The notes under the pieces are model-generated. The model was not told the DNA's origin and did no database searches. It saw only the letters and a program-made list of their open reading frames with translations. DNA of 63,899 bases, counting the filler. It is 5 parts of 5 records of this genome, joined end to end, with 100 filler letters (N's around TTAATTAATTAA, not from the genome) between each part and the next. Parts side by side here need not be neighbours in the genome. Positions count along the whole stretch, not along the records: positions 8,332 to 30,276 come from SRR31156797_6368; 4 more parts are not named here. One strand, 5' to 3'. Shown piece by piece: positions 10,401 to 20,236 of the stretch. A program made the translations under genes and the position numbers. Within the stretch, counting starts at the first letter, position 1. Each line of letters starts with the position of its first letter.

Positions 10401-10418
10401 TTCTGCGGCTGCCGTGAT

Positions 10419-12017
10419 ATGAAAAGGATTATGACCTTCCGCTCCCTTAACGCCAGGATCAGCCTCGTCATCGTATCCTGTCTTGTCCTCCTCTTTGCTC
10501 TGCTGCAGCTGGATATCATCAGGCAGATGGAGGCCACGGTCCACCCCCTCCGTCGTCAGCTGACCGCCGATCTTGTGGAGGCCAAAAGCGAGCTGATGGG
10601 GGAGTGGCTGTCTCAGCGCTCGGAGGAACTCGCCCTGATCGCCTCCACCCTGGACTACCTTGTCGAGAAGGAAAATGTCCCCGACGCCGACTACCTGGAG
10701 GCCCTGCTCTCCGGCCGCGGGGATATCTACGAGTCATTCGGCCTGGTCGATCCCGAAGGGATGATCATCGTGACCGGGGGAAGCCGATTCTCCATCACAG
10801 GCCGGGACTACTACACTGAGGCCCTGAACAGGGGAGGCCCGGTGATCAGCAATCCCGTCCGCAGCCGGTCCAACAGCAGGGACATCGTCGTCATGCTCCA
10901 TCCCCTCAGCGCCCTGCCCGGTTATTTCCTCTCCGCCGCCGTCCCCATAGAGATCCTGAAGATCATCGCCGCGGGGATCAACATATACGACGGGCAGGGG
11001 TATATCCGCTATGACGGCGCAGAGAGCGCTCCCCGGTCCGGATTGCTGGTGTTCTCTTCCAGGATCCCCCATTCCCCCTCCTGGAGCCTGGAGTTTCATA
11101 TCTCGGAAGAGAGGATGATGGAGAGCAGCCGGCGCCTGAGGACGGGCTCGTCGCTTACGGTTATCCTGATGGGAATCGTCATGCTGGTGCTCCTCTCCTT
11201 CAGCAGTGCCTCCATCGTCCGTCCTCTGCAGAGGCTGCAGGAGATCATGAAGGGGGTGGAAGAGGGGAATGCGGAGCTCCGTTTTCCAGCGGAACGGAAA
11301 GATGAGATCGGCCAGCTGGCCCGGAATCTGAATACCATGTTGGAGGAGATCTACCGGACCCAGAGGGAGAAGAAGGAGATCGCCCTGCAGCTGATGCAGG
11401 AACAGATCAAACCCCACTTCCTCTATAACACCCTGGAGACCCTCCGCTGGATGGCCGGCGATTACGAGGCGGATGAACTGGTCGTCCTGATAGAGGCCCT
11501 GAGCACCTATTTCAGGATAGGCCTGAGCCGGGGGGAGCCCTTCATCACCCTGGAGCAGGAGCTGGACCACACGGAGAGCTACCTGCAGATCCAGAAGGCC
11601 CGCTTCGAGGAGCGCCTGGATTACCAGATCCGCTACGACGAGATAGAGGTCGAACGGAAGATACCCCGCATCCTGATTCAGCCCCTTGTGGAGAATGCCA
11701 TCGACCACGGCATCAAGCAGCTGGACCGGGGGCGTCTGGATATCCGGCTGGAACAGAACGGGGACGGGCTGCTTATCTATGTGGAGAACGACGGCCCCGA
11801 ACCGGACCCGAGTCGCCTCAGTCGCATTCAGGAAGCCCTGGACGACGACCGCAGGGATCCGGACCTTATGGGCTTCGGTCTCTACAGTGTCCATCATCGC
11901 GTCCGCAGCCTCTACGGGGAGGGCTACGGCCTGAGCCTCTCGGCAAGGGGCGGGCGCTTTCTGGCCCTTCTCGCACTGCCGGGAGGCCCAGGGCCCGGGG
12001 AGGGGGGGGATGTTTGA
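10419..12017 (+). CDS. Sensor histidine kinase, YesM/LytS-like (Cache, HAMP, His_kinase, HATPase)
   Basis: Two TM segments; HAMP motif DEIGQL; QIKPHFLYNTL, QPLVENAIDHG and GFGL motifs. Confidence 0.92.
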   Translation: MKRIMTFRSLNARISLVIVSCLVLLFALLQLDIIRQMEATVHPLRRQLTADLVEAKSELMGEWLSQRSEELALIASTLDYLVEKENVPDADYLEALLSGRGDIYESFGLVDPEGMIIVTGGSRFSITGRDYYTEALNRGGPVISNPVRSRSNSRDIVVMLHPLSALPGYFLSAAVPIEILKIIAAGINIYDGQGYIRYDGAESAPRSGLLVFSSRIPHSPSWSLEFHISEERMMESSRRLRTGSSLTVILMGIVMLVLLSFSSASIVRPLQRLQEIMKGVEEGNAELRFPAERKDEIGQLARNLNTMLEEIYRTQREKKEIALQLMQEQIKPHFLYNTLETLRWMAGDYEADELVVLIEALSTYFRIGLSRGEPFITLEQELDHTESYLQIQKARFEERLDYQIRYDEIEVERKIPRILIQPLVENAIDHGIKQLDRGRLDIRLEQNGDGLLIYVENDGPEPDPSRLSRIQEALDDDRRDPDLMGFGLYSVHHRVRSLYGEGYGLSLSARGGRFLALLALPGGPGPGEGGDV

Positions 12018-12753
12018 CGTTCTGATCGCCGACGACGAGCCCAAGATACGCCGCGGGCTCAGAAGCTGGATCGAAGAGAGTGACCGCCCCTTCCGGGTCT
12101 GCGGCGAAGCGGAGGACGGCCGGCAGGCCCTGGATCTGGCTTTGAGGCTCAAACCCCGGATCGTCCTGGCTGACATCAACATGCCCCGGGTCGGCGGCCT
12201 GGAAATGATTCGGCAGCTGAAAGCCGTCCTTCCCGAGGCCCTTGTGATCGTGATCAGCGGCTACGATACCTTCGAGTATGTCCGGGAGGCCTTCAAGCAG
12301 GAGGTCTTCGACTACCTGCTCAAGCCCGTGCCCCGCAGCGATTTTATGCGCATCCTCCTGCAGGCCGGAGCGAAACTGGAGGGCTCGGAGCTTCAGAAGG
12401 AAGGCGCCGAAGCCGGAGAGGGTGAGCCGAGCCCCCTGGCCAGGGATATACGCGCCTATCTTCTGGACCATTACGGCGACAGGGAGCTGAGCCTGCAGAA
12501 GACGGCGGATCAGTTCAGGCTCAGCAAGAGTTCCCTCAGCCGACTGATGAAGATGGAGCTGAACGCCTCATTTGTCGATTATCTTACGGGGCTCCGGATC
12601 GAGAAGGCAAAAGAGCTTCTGCGCCAGCCGGGGGAGGAGCTGAAGATGCACCAGATCGCCCAGAAGGTCGGGTTTTCCAGCCAGCACTACTTCAGCCGGG
12701 TGTTCAAGGCCCACACGGATCTCTCTCCCCTGGAGTACAGACGCCGCGGCTGA
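12010..12753 (+). CDS. Response regulator with AraC-type output domain (YesN-like)
   Basis: IADDE, ADINMP and YLLKP receiver motifs; C-terminal IAQKVGFSSQHYFSRVFK; overlaps the kinase stop. Confidence 0.93.
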   Translation: MFDVLIADDEPKIRRGLRSWIEESDRPFRVCGEAEDGRQALDLALRLKPRIVLADINMPRVGGLEMIRQLKAVLPEALVIVISGYDTFEYVREAFKQEVFDYLLKPVPRSDFMRILLQAGAKLEGSELQKEGAEAGEGEPSPLARDIRAYLLDHYGDRELSLQKTADQFRLSKSSLSRLMKMELNASFVDYLTGLRIEKAKELLRQPGEELKMHQIAQKVGFSSQHYFSRVFKAHTDLSPLEYRRRG

Positions 12754-12783
12754 GTCCTCTTCGATAATTCCGCGATCTGCCAC

Positions 12784-13533
12784 CTAATCCCGGGATAGCG
12801 CTCTGAACAGTTCGGGCCTGTCTGTGGTGATCGAGCCGATCCCCGGAGCCATGAAGCGGGACATGGCCGACTCGCCGTTTACAGTCCAGAGCATGACGGG
12901 GATCTCATGCGCCCTGGCCAGGTCTATCATCGCCTGACGGCAGGACGAGTGGCACAGGTTCAAAGCGCTGCACCCCCACTCCTCCGCCATCGCGAACTGG
13001 GAGAGGCAGTACTCTCTGTAGACCTCGGCGTCAGGGCTGTCCAGCTCCTCTCCTTCGCTGTTCAGGAGCATTGCCAGGCCCGGATACTCTTCCCTTATCA
13101 TGAGGACCTGCTCCGGATGGCAGCCCGAGAGATAGAAGCCGTCTTTCGAGAGCCCTTTCTTTGTCAGATCGTAAATCCCATCCAGGGCACAGTCGGTTTT
13201 CAGATCCAGATTCATAAACAGCCCCCGGGCACGGCAGTACTCAGCCCCTTCCTCCAGGGTAAGCAGGTCGGGCTTGAAGATTTTAAGGTCTTTCAGCCTG
13301 TAGGAACCGATAGGGCAGAGGGCGTTGCCGAAGCGAATCTCCGGATCATGGGAGAGTACCGGTACGCCATCCCCGGTGACCCTGACGTCCAGCTCGGTGA
13401 CATCCGGGCGGATGCGGGCCGCGTACATCAGGAAACCGGTGCTGTTGGGAAAGGTCCCTCCCGCGCCGCTGTGGAGAGTCAGTCCCGGCGGAAGGGAAGT
13501 CTTCCGCCGGGGAACCTCAATAGTATTCGTCAC
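12784..13533 (-). CDS. Glycerophosphodiester phosphodiesterase family protein (start uncertain)
   Basis: LHSG, ELDVRVTGDG..VLSHD, NLDLK, WTVN and ITTDRP motifs. A GTG overlapping the upstream gene was chosen as start. Confidence 0.8.
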   Translation of the reverse strand: MTNTIEVPRRKTSLPPGLTLHSGAGGTFPNSTGFLMYAARIRPDVTELDVRVTGDGVPVLSHDPEIRFGNALCPIGSYRLKDLKIFKPDLLTLEEGAEYCRARGLFMNLDLKTDCALDGIYDLTKKGLSKDGFYLSGCHPEQVLMIREEYPGLAMLLNSEGEELDSPDAEVYREYCLSQFAMAEEWGCSALNLCHSSCRQAMIDLARAHEIPVMLWTVNGESAMSRFMAPGIGSITTDRPELFRALSRD

Positions 13534-14227
13534 AGCGGTCGCCCATGCCGCGGGCCTGGGGTTTGAGCCCCGCCATGGCCATATGGGACACGTCTGCAAT
13601 GTGGAGGGCTCTGGGAACGGCCCATTCGTCCGATCTCTGATCGAAGTAGATGTCCGTCAGGGAGCAGGGCCAGCAGTAGAGTCCCGAGAAGACCAGGGGC
13701 AGGGGGATCTCCAGAAGATGGGCCAGGGTCATAAGGAGGGAGCCGTTGTGACAGAATATGGCTATCCTGTCGTCCGTCCTCTCGTCCACCCTGTAGCGTC
13801 CGCCCTCTCTGTGGTATCCGAACTCGCTCAGGAACTGGTCAAAGGTCTTCCTGTACTCCAGCCAGTCCTCGTAGAGGGGGCCTTCGTTGAAGGGGTAGCG
13901 CGTCTGCCAGTCGTCATGGCCGGGGAGGGTCTCTCCGCTTCGTATCTTCTCTCCATAGGTATCCCAGATCACATAATCGAATCCGTCCTGGGTGATTCGG
14001 ATCTGCTCCGGCTCCATGAGCCATGGTTTGATCTCTACGGGAATACCCAGCAGCTCCGAAGAGTACTGCGCCGTCTGGAGGGTGCGGGTCATATTGGATG
14101 AGTAGATCCTGTTGACCCCGTAGTTTTTCAGGCGGGGCGCCAGGGCCTCCGCTTCCCTGTGTCCGATATCAGTCAGTTCGTCGGGATCGTAGTTCGGATC
14201 GGCGTGGCGAATTAAATAAAGATGCAT
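13517..14227 (-). CDS. Histidine phosphatase superfamily protein
   Basis: LYLIRHA, YSSNMTRTLQTA and IFCHNG motifs. Confidence 0.9.
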   Translation of the reverse strand: MHLYLIRHADPNYDPDELTDIGHREAEALAPRLKNYGVNRIYSSNMTRTLQTAQYSSELLGIPVEIKPWLMEPEQIRITQDGFDYVIWDTYGEKIRSGETLPGHDDWQTRYPFNEGPLYEDWLEYRKTFDQFLSEFGYHREGGRYRVDERTDDRIAIFCHNGSLLMTLAHLLEIPLPLVFSGLYCWPCSLTDIYFDQRSDEWAVPRALHIADVSHMAMAGLKPQARGMGDRCDEYY

Positions 14228-14256
14228 TGTATTCTCTTATCTTATTGGTTTTGATT

Positions 14257-14293
14257 GAAGGGCGACGCCGGGAGCAACTCCGGCGCCACCTTC
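14257..14293 (-). terminator. Stem-loop downstream of the sugar-binding protein gene (mRNA stabiliser or partial terminator)
   Basis: Imperfect inverted repeat GAAGGGCGACGCCGG...CCGGCGCCACCTTC. Confidence 0.5.
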
Positions 14294-14304
14294 CGTGTTA
14301 GCGC

Positions 14305-15657
14305 TTACTGTTCTTTCAGCCAGGCGTCGGTCTCGGCCTGGGCCGCCTTCATGGCCTGGGCGGGAGTCATCTCTCCCAGCATGGCCTTTTCTACCTGGAC
14401 GCCGATGATGGTCCGGGGCTGGCTGGCCCTGTAGGGATAGCGGGGAACCCAGAGGTATCCCATGGTATCCAGAATCGTCTCCATCTGAGGCAGGGCGCTG
14501 ATGGAATCCCAGTTCATGGCCGCCTTGACGGTGGGCAGCGAGCGGTACTGATCCCAGAAGTACTTCTGGTAGGTCTCGGAGGCGGTGAACTTCAGCCACT
14601 CCCACGCGATCTCCTTGACCTGGGAGTTGGCGCCGATACAGGCGGGGCTTCCGGCGAACATATTGCCCATCCCCGCTTCTTCGTTCAGGAAGAGATAGGA
14701 AATGCCGATCCTGTCACCCCATCCCAGGGCTTCGATCTTTCTCAGGTTCTTGGGATCGTCCTGGATGTTGATGGCGATATTGTTGTCGGGGGTATACATC
14801 TTCTCGTCACCCTGGCGGGCCAGGTTTCCGGGAGGACAGTAGGCCTGGATGTCCTTCATCCACTGTACGGCCTCGATCATCTCGGGGGTGTCGAAGTTGA
14901 TAGTCATCTCGGTCCATTTGAAACCGGTGCCCCAGATATTCCCCAGGCCCTCGGAGATGTTCATGGCCGAGTCGGCGGCGTACTTGCCTCCTGTGAAGCG
15001 CAGGCCGTAGTTCTGCTCGCCAGTCTTGGGATTCTTTCCGGTCATGGCCTTTCCCTTCTCCATCAGCTCATCCAGAGTGGGGCGTGCGGAGAGGTAGTTG
15101 ACTCCCCAGTCGTCGAAAAGCTTTTTGTCGTAGCTTATGTATCTCGTGTCGCCGATAAAGGGGAGCCCGTAGACCTGGAGCTCCGAATCCTGAGACCCCA
15201 TGGCCATCCAGCCTTCCACCTGGTTATCGATATACATGCCCAGATCAAATCCGTCTCTCTCGATGTAAGCAGCGAGAGGTTCCATCAGATCCTGGGCGGC
15301 CAGGGTGGCTATTCCGGGAACCTGGAAGACGTCGGCCTCATCGGCCTGTGCCATGACGATGGTCTTCTGGGTGTAGCTGTCCCAGCCCATGAGAACGAAC
15401 TCTACCTCCACTCCCGGATGGAGCTTCTCGAACTGTTCCTTAAGGTAGTGAACGCCTACGACCTTCTTACCGGATACGGGGTTGGTCGTGTCCGCTTCCT
15501 TGAAGTCTCCGATGAGCTGAACCCTCAGCTTGCCGGAGAGGCCCGAGTCGGATGCAGCGGCGGCGCTGCCGCTCCCCTGCTGTCCTGAGGCGAATGCCAT
15601 GCCGCCGCAGAGGGCGATCAGGGCAACGAGGGAAACAAGTCTCTTCACGATTTTCAT
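14305..15657 (-). CDS. Carbohydrate ABC transporter substrate-binding protein
   Basis: Signal peptide ending AFASGQQ (spirochaete-style); family-1 SBP features; AGGAGG SD before MKIVKR. Confidence 0.9.
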   Translation of the reverse strand: MKIVKRLVSLVALIALCGGMAFASGQQGSGSAAAASDSGLSGKLRVQLIGDFKEADTTNPVSGKKVVGVHYLKEQFEKLHPGVEVEFVLMGWDSYTQKTIVMAQADEADVFQVPGIATLAAQDLMEPLAAYIERDGFDLGMYIDNQVEGWMAMGSQDSELQVYGLPFIGDTRYISYDKKLFDDWGVNYLSARPTLDELMEKGKAMTGKNPKTGEQNYGLRFTGGKYAADSAMNISEGLGNIWGTGFKWTEMTINFDTPEMIEAVQWMKDIQAYCPPGNLARQGDEKMYTPDNNIAINIQDDPKNLRKIEALGWGDRIGISYLFLNEEAGMGNMFAGSPACIGANSQVKEIAWEWLKFTASETYQKYFWDQYRSLPTVKAAMNWDSISALPQMETILDTMGYLWVPRYPYRASQPRTIIGVQVEKAMLGEMTPAQAMKAAQAETDAWLKEQ

Positions 15658-15676
15658 TAGAATCCTCCTAATTATC

Positions 15677-16522
15677 TTATTCACCCTTGATGCCGCTCAA
15701 GGCGACACTCTGGATGATATATTTCTGCAGGAACAGGAACACGACTATGACCGGCAGGATGCTCATGGCCGACAGGGCCATGGACAGTCCGGCATAGGTG
15801 GTTCCGTCTTCCATCGAAAACTTGGACAGGTAGATGGGAATGGTCTGGAGCTTCTGGCTGGTCAGGATGACCAGGGGCCAGAGGAAGTCGTTCCAGCTTC
15901 CCATGAACACAAGGATGATCAGGGTGGCCACCATGGGACCCGAAAGGGGCAGGAAGACCCTGTAGAAGATGGATACCTCGCCGGCGCCGTCGATCCAGGC
16001 GGCCTCTCTCAGGCTATGGGGCAGGTTGTCCATGTACTGCTTGGTCAGCAGAACGGCGAAGCCCATCATGGGGACGGTCAGGATGATGGGCCAGTAGCTG
16101 TTCACCATGCCCCATCTGCGGAACATCATGTACATGGGGATCAGACGGGATTCCAGGGGGATCATCATGGTGGCCAGCACGGCCATAAAGAAGAGCTTCC
16201 GGCCGGGGAATCTTCCCTTGGAGAAGGCGTAGCCTCCCGTGAGGGCGCAGATCAGGGTGAACGCGACCGTACCCGCTCCGACGAAGAAGGAGTTGGCGTA
16301 GGCCTTGAAGAGGGTCCCGTTTTCCACGACCAGCTTGTAGTTGAACAGAGAGGGTTCCTCGGGGATTATCTTCGGGGGGAAGGGCGGATTGATATTGGCG
16401 AAGCGCTCCAGGCTGACGCTGATCATCCAGAAGAAGGGCGAGAGCATGATGATCCCGAAGGCCAGCAGGCCCAGAAAGGGGAGGGCGCTCTGTTTTATGT
16501 CTTTCGTACTGATTGATTTCAT
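15677..16522 (-). CDS. Carbohydrate ABC transporter permease (MalG-like)
   Basis: EAAWIDGA (EAA) motif and WNDFLWP. Confidence 0.93.
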   Translation of the reverse strand: MKSISTKDIKQSALPFLGLLAFGIIMLSPFFWMISVSLERFANINPPFPPKIIPEEPSLFNYKLVVENGTLFKAYANSFFVGAGTVAFTLICALTGGYAFSKGRFPGRKLFFMAVLATMMIPLESRLIPMYMMFRRWGMVNSYWPIILTVPMMGFAVLLTKQYMDNLPHSLREAAWIDGAGEVSIFYRVFLPLSGPMVATLIILVFMGSWNDFLWPLVILTSQKLQTIPIYLSKFSMEDGTTYAGLSMALSAMSILPVIVVFLFLQKYIIQSVALSGIKGE

Positions 16523-16527
16523 CTCTC

Positions 16528-17406
16528 TTATATCTCCATCTTGGATATCTTCATATTGATCCTGGTGAATATCAGGATGATGAAGAACAGAACATAGGCG
16601 GCGGCGGAGGAATAACCGAACTCGGTACCCTGGAAGCCGCGGTCATAGATAAATCCGGAAAGGGTCATCAGGGCTCCGGCGGGGGTGCCCGTTCCCCTGC
16701 CCAGGATGTAGGGCTCGGTAAAGACCTTGAGGGCGCTGATCCACCCCATGATCAGGAGGAAGGCGAAGCAGGAGGCCATGCGGGGGACCGTTATGGCCCA
16801 GAATCTGTTCCATTCGTTGGCGCCGTCTATTTCCGCCGCCTCATAGAGCTCGGGGGGGATGGTCTGCAGGTTGGCCATGCAGATGATGATGACGAATCCC
16901 AGCCAGTGCCAGGAGGTGAGGAAGATGGTTCCCCACCGGGCGGGGGTCGGTTCGGCCAGCCAGAGCTGGGGCGGAATGCCGAAGATCCCCAGAAAGCTGT
17001 TCAGCAGCCCCTCTCCCGGATGGAGGATGAAGAGGAAGATCATTCCCGCAGCCACGACCGAGGTGATATAGGGGATGAAGAAGATGATCTTAAAAAGATT
17101 CTTACTGAACTTCGTTCTCAGGTTATTGATCAGGTAGGCGATCAGGAAACCCAGGGGAATAGAGATCAACAGCTTGAAGATTCCTATGTAGAAGGTGGTG
17201 TACAGGGCTCTCCAGAAGTTGTAGGAGCTGAAGATCCTGATGTAGTTTCTCAGCCCCACCCAGCTCTCGGCGGCGCCGTTGGACTTGTAGAAGCTCAGGC
17301 GCAGCGAGTCCAGTATGGGATAGGTCATGAAAAGAAGCAGGACCAGGAGGGAGGGAAGCAGGAACAGGTACCATACTCCGGTCTCTTTTAGTTTGTTGTT
17401 TTGCAT
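16528..17406 (-). CDS. Carbohydrate ABC transporter permease (MalF-like)
   Basis: ELYEAAEIDGA motif; start set at the ATG of MQNNKL. Confidence 0.92.
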   Translation of the reverse strand: MQNNKLKETGVWYLFLLPSLLVLLLFMTYPILDSLRLSFYKSNGAAESWVGLRNYIRIFSSYNFWRALYTTFYIGIFKLLISIPLGFLIAYLINNLRTKFSKNLFKIIFFIPYITSVVAAGMIFLFILHPGEGLLNSFLGIFGIPPQLWLAEPTPARWGTIFLTSWHWLGFVIIICMANLQTIPPELYEAAEIDGANEWNRFWAITVPRMASCFAFLLIMGWISALKVFTEPYILGRGTGTPAGALMTLSGFIYDRGFQGTEFGYSSAAAYVLFFIILIFTRINMKISKMEI

Positions 17407-17429
17407 TTTTAATCCTTTGCAGACGTTAA

Positions 17430-17572
17430 TGGGTATACCCAAAAATAGATTTGAGGGATACCAAAACAAAGTGATATCTTGACTTTATCCTATGATTTTT
17501 GCTTTGTCAAATTAAAGTTCAATAAAAACTTGACGATTTTATATGCCTGATCTATTATACGGTATACCCAAA
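17430..17572. promoter_or_regulatory. Divergent sigma70 promoters with GGTATACC operator palindromes
   Basis: Plus strand TTGACG(17530)-17-TATTAT(17553); minus strand TTGACA(17510)-17-TAAAGT. Palindromes TGGGTATACCCA at 17430-17441 and GGTATACC at 17561, with a variant GGGATACC at 17455. Confidence 0.7.
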
Positions 17573-17596
17573 GTATGTAGTGAGGCTTAAATCGTA

Positions 17597-18694
17597 ATGG
17601 AATCCAAATATGAAATACTGAAAAGAAAGATCATAGAAGAAATCCAATCGGGCGCCCTGAGTCCGGGAGATCAGATCCCTCCCCAGAGGGAGATGGAGGA
17701 GGTGTACGGGGTTAGTCGGATCACGGTGAAAAAGGCCGTCGCCGACCTGATTCAGGAGGGCGTTCTGGAGCATCTGAAGGGAAAGAAGGGCGTTTTCGTC
17801 CGAAAGCAGAGCTCCTTCTCAAACGGGGGGAGCAAGACGATTGCGGTGGCCCTGGATGATATCACAAGCTTCTACGATTCCAATCTGCTCAAGGGTATCG
17901 AGGACTGTCTGTGGAAGCAGGACTACCATACCATCATCTGTAACGCCAACCGGAATATCGATAAGGTCGAGGAGTACTTCCGCTCCTTCGACTTCACAAA
18001 GATCGACGGGATCATCTATCTTCCCGTCGTCGTGGAGGGGTATGAGGAGAGGAACCGGAGGATCCTGGAGATCTTCAGAGAGAAGGCCGTGCCCTTCGTC
18101 CTGATCGATCAGTATATCTCCGGCGAACCTGCCAACCTCGTCAGCACGGACCACAGGAACGCGGCCCGTGAGATCTGCCGCGTTCTCATGGAGCGGGGGC
18201 ATGAGAAGATTCTGATTGGCAAAGGAGTGGACTGCTTTGCGGTGGATGAAAGGATCTCGGGGATCATGGACGCTCACCGTGCGGCGGGCGTCGGGCTGGA
18301 TGAGGACAGGCTGCTGGAAATCAATGACAACCTGCTGATTCCCGGACGGGATCCCAATCCCGAACAGCTGGAGAAAATCAAGGATATGATCAGACGCGCC
18401 GGGGATTTCAGCGCCTTCTACGCCATAAACAACAGGATTATGAAGGCCGTTGTGATGGCCATGGTCGACCTGGGTATCGATATGAGCCGGATTCAGCTGG
18501 CCCTGCATAACGAGGTTAACAAACCCGTTCATCCTTATACGGACAGCATTCCCCACATTATCCCCCATCTGCACAAGATCGGTCTGGAGGCGGCCAACCT
18601 CCTGATGAAGGTCATCGAGACAGGGGACGATCAGACCGTTCAGCTGATCATAAACAGCGACGTCGTTCTGGACGGACTGAAGAGAAAGGAGTAG
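17597..18694 (+). CDS. GntR-HTH / LacI-type sugar-binding domain regulator (AraR-like)
   Basis: N-terminal YGVSRITVKKAVADL HTH; C-terminal periplasmic-binding-protein-like domain. Confidence 0.9.
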   Translation: MESKYEILKRKIIEEIQSGALSPGDQIPPQREMEEVYGVSRITVKKAVADLIQEGVLEHLKGKKGVFVRKQSSFSNGGSKTIAVALDDITSFYDSNLLKGIEDCLWKQDYHTIICNANRNIDKVEEYFRSFDFTKIDGIIYLPVVVEGYEERNRRILEIFREKAVPFVLIDQYISGEPANLVSTDHRNAAREICRVLMERGHEKILIGKGVDCFAVDERISGIMDAHRAAGVGLDEDRLLEINDNLLIPGRDPNPEQLEKIKDMIRRAGDFSAFYAINNRIMKAVVMAMVDLGIDMSRIQLALHNEVNKPVHPYTDSIPHIIPHLHKIGLEAANLLMKVIETGDDQTVQLIINSDVVLDGLKRKE

Positions 18695-18698
18695 AGCA

Positions 18699-20222
18699 TT
18701 GGAAAAGAACACATACATCAAGAACGGATTCGTTTCGGAGAATCTCTTTCGAACCGCCGAGGTCCGTCCTGACCGTCTTCCCCCATTCGAATCGGCGAAG
18801 AAGGTGCTTCCCCGGCCCCTTTGGGCCGGTCATGAGGATGCGATTGAGATGTACTGGAAGGCCTGGGAGATCGGTTTCGGCCATCTGAAAAAACCGACGG
18901 CAGAAAACGGCTTTCTCAGCAGCTATCTGGACACGGCCTATAACGGAAATATCTTTATGTGGGACTCCGTCTTCATCACCCACTTCTCCCGCTACGGAAA
19001 GAGGGTTTTCCCGTTTCAGAAGACCCTGGACAACTTCTATCGCAAACAGCATCTGGACGGTTTTATCTGCCGGGAGATCTACGGCGAGGACGGTACGGAT
19101 GCCTTCCAGCGCCATGATCCTGCCAGTACGGGACCCAATGTCCTGGCCTGGAGCGAGAGGGAGTACTACCGGGCCTTCGGAGATCTGGAGCGTCTGAATG
19201 CCGTTTATCCCGTCCTCTGCGCCTACCATCTCTGGCTCAAGGAGAATCGGACCTGGAAGGACGGCAGCTACTGGACCAGCGGCTGGGGAAGCGGCATGGA
19301 CAATATCCCCCGTATCCCCGCGGGAAGCCATCCCAACTTCAGCCATGGCCATATGGCCTGGGTGGACGCCTGCCTTCAGCAGTACATGAATGGCAGAATC
19401 CTCCTGGATATGGGTTTCGAACTGGAACGCTGGCAGGAGATCGAGGAGATCGAGGATGAGACCCACAGCCTGGGCGAGTTCATCCGGGAAAGGCTGTGGG
19501 ACGGCACGGAGGGATACCTCTTCGATCTTTACGCCGACGGCAGCCGGGCGGAGTGCCGGCATATCGGAGCTCTCTGGGCCCTTCACGCGGATGTCCTGAA
19601 AAAGGAGCAGATCGCCGCCATGACCGGTCTGCTGGAGAAGGACGGGGCCTTTGGCACGGACAGACCTGTCCCCTCTCTGGATCCCGGCCATCCCCGTTTC
19701 AGAGAGAACGGCCGCTACTGGCAGGGCGGTGTCTGGGCCCCGACCAACTATATGGTCCTTTCGGGGCTGCAGAAACAGGGCCGGGAAGATCTGGCTCACG
19801 CTCTCGCGCTGAAGCATCATCGGCACATCCTGAATGTGTACAAGAAGACCCGAACCTTCTGGGAGTACTACTCCCCGACTGAGGATGAGCCCGGTTTCGT
19901 GGCTCGCCCCGACTTCGTCGGCTGGACGGGGCTCGTTCCCATATCGGTTCTCTTTGAATTTATCATGGGGATCACTCCCGACTACAGCCGCAAAGAGATC
20001 CGCTGGAATGTCTCCCTGGACGAGGAGCATGGCGTCGAGGCCTACCCCTTCGGTCCGGATCAGAGTATCGATCTCCGCATCTCGGCTCCCGTGAAAGAGG
20101 GGAAGGAGCGGCAGATCACGCTGGCGGGCGGGGAGGCTTTTACGCTTATCACCAGGTACAAAGGGAAGACTGAGAGGCATGATGTTCTCAAGGGTAAAAA
20201 CAGGATCATCCTGAAGGGCTGA
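18699..20222 (+). CDS. (alpha/alpha)6 glycoside hydrolase, GH63/MGH1/trehalase-like
   Basis: FMWDS, SGMDN, YWQGGVWAPTNY, FWEYYSP and FVGWTG motifs; TTG start. Confidence 0.82.
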   Translation: MEKNTYIKNGFVSENLFRTAEVRPDRLPPFESAKKVLPRPLWAGHEDAIEMYWKAWEIGFGHLKKPTAENGFLSSYLDTAYNGNIFMWDSVFITHFSRYGKRVFPFQKTLDNFYRKQHLDGFICREIYGEDGTDAFQRHDPASTGPNVLAWSEREYYRAFGDLERLNAVYPVLCAYHLWLKENRTWKDGSYWTSGWGSGMDNIPRIPAGSHPNFSHGHMAWVDACLQQYMNGRILLDMGFELERWQEIEEIEDETHSLGEFIRERLWDGTEGYLFDLYADGSRAECRHIGALWALHADVLKKEQIAAMTGLLEKDGAFGTDRPVPSLDPGHPRFRENGRYWQGGVWAPTNYMVLSGLQKQGREDLAHALALKHHRHILNVYKKTRTFWEYYSPTEDEPGFVARPDFVGWTGLVPISVLFEFIMGITPDYSRKEIRWNVSLDEEHGVEAYPFGPDQSIDLRISAPVKEGKERQITLAGGEAFTLITRYKGKTERHDVLKGKNRIILKG

Positions 20223-20236
20223 TCTCCGGGGGAATC

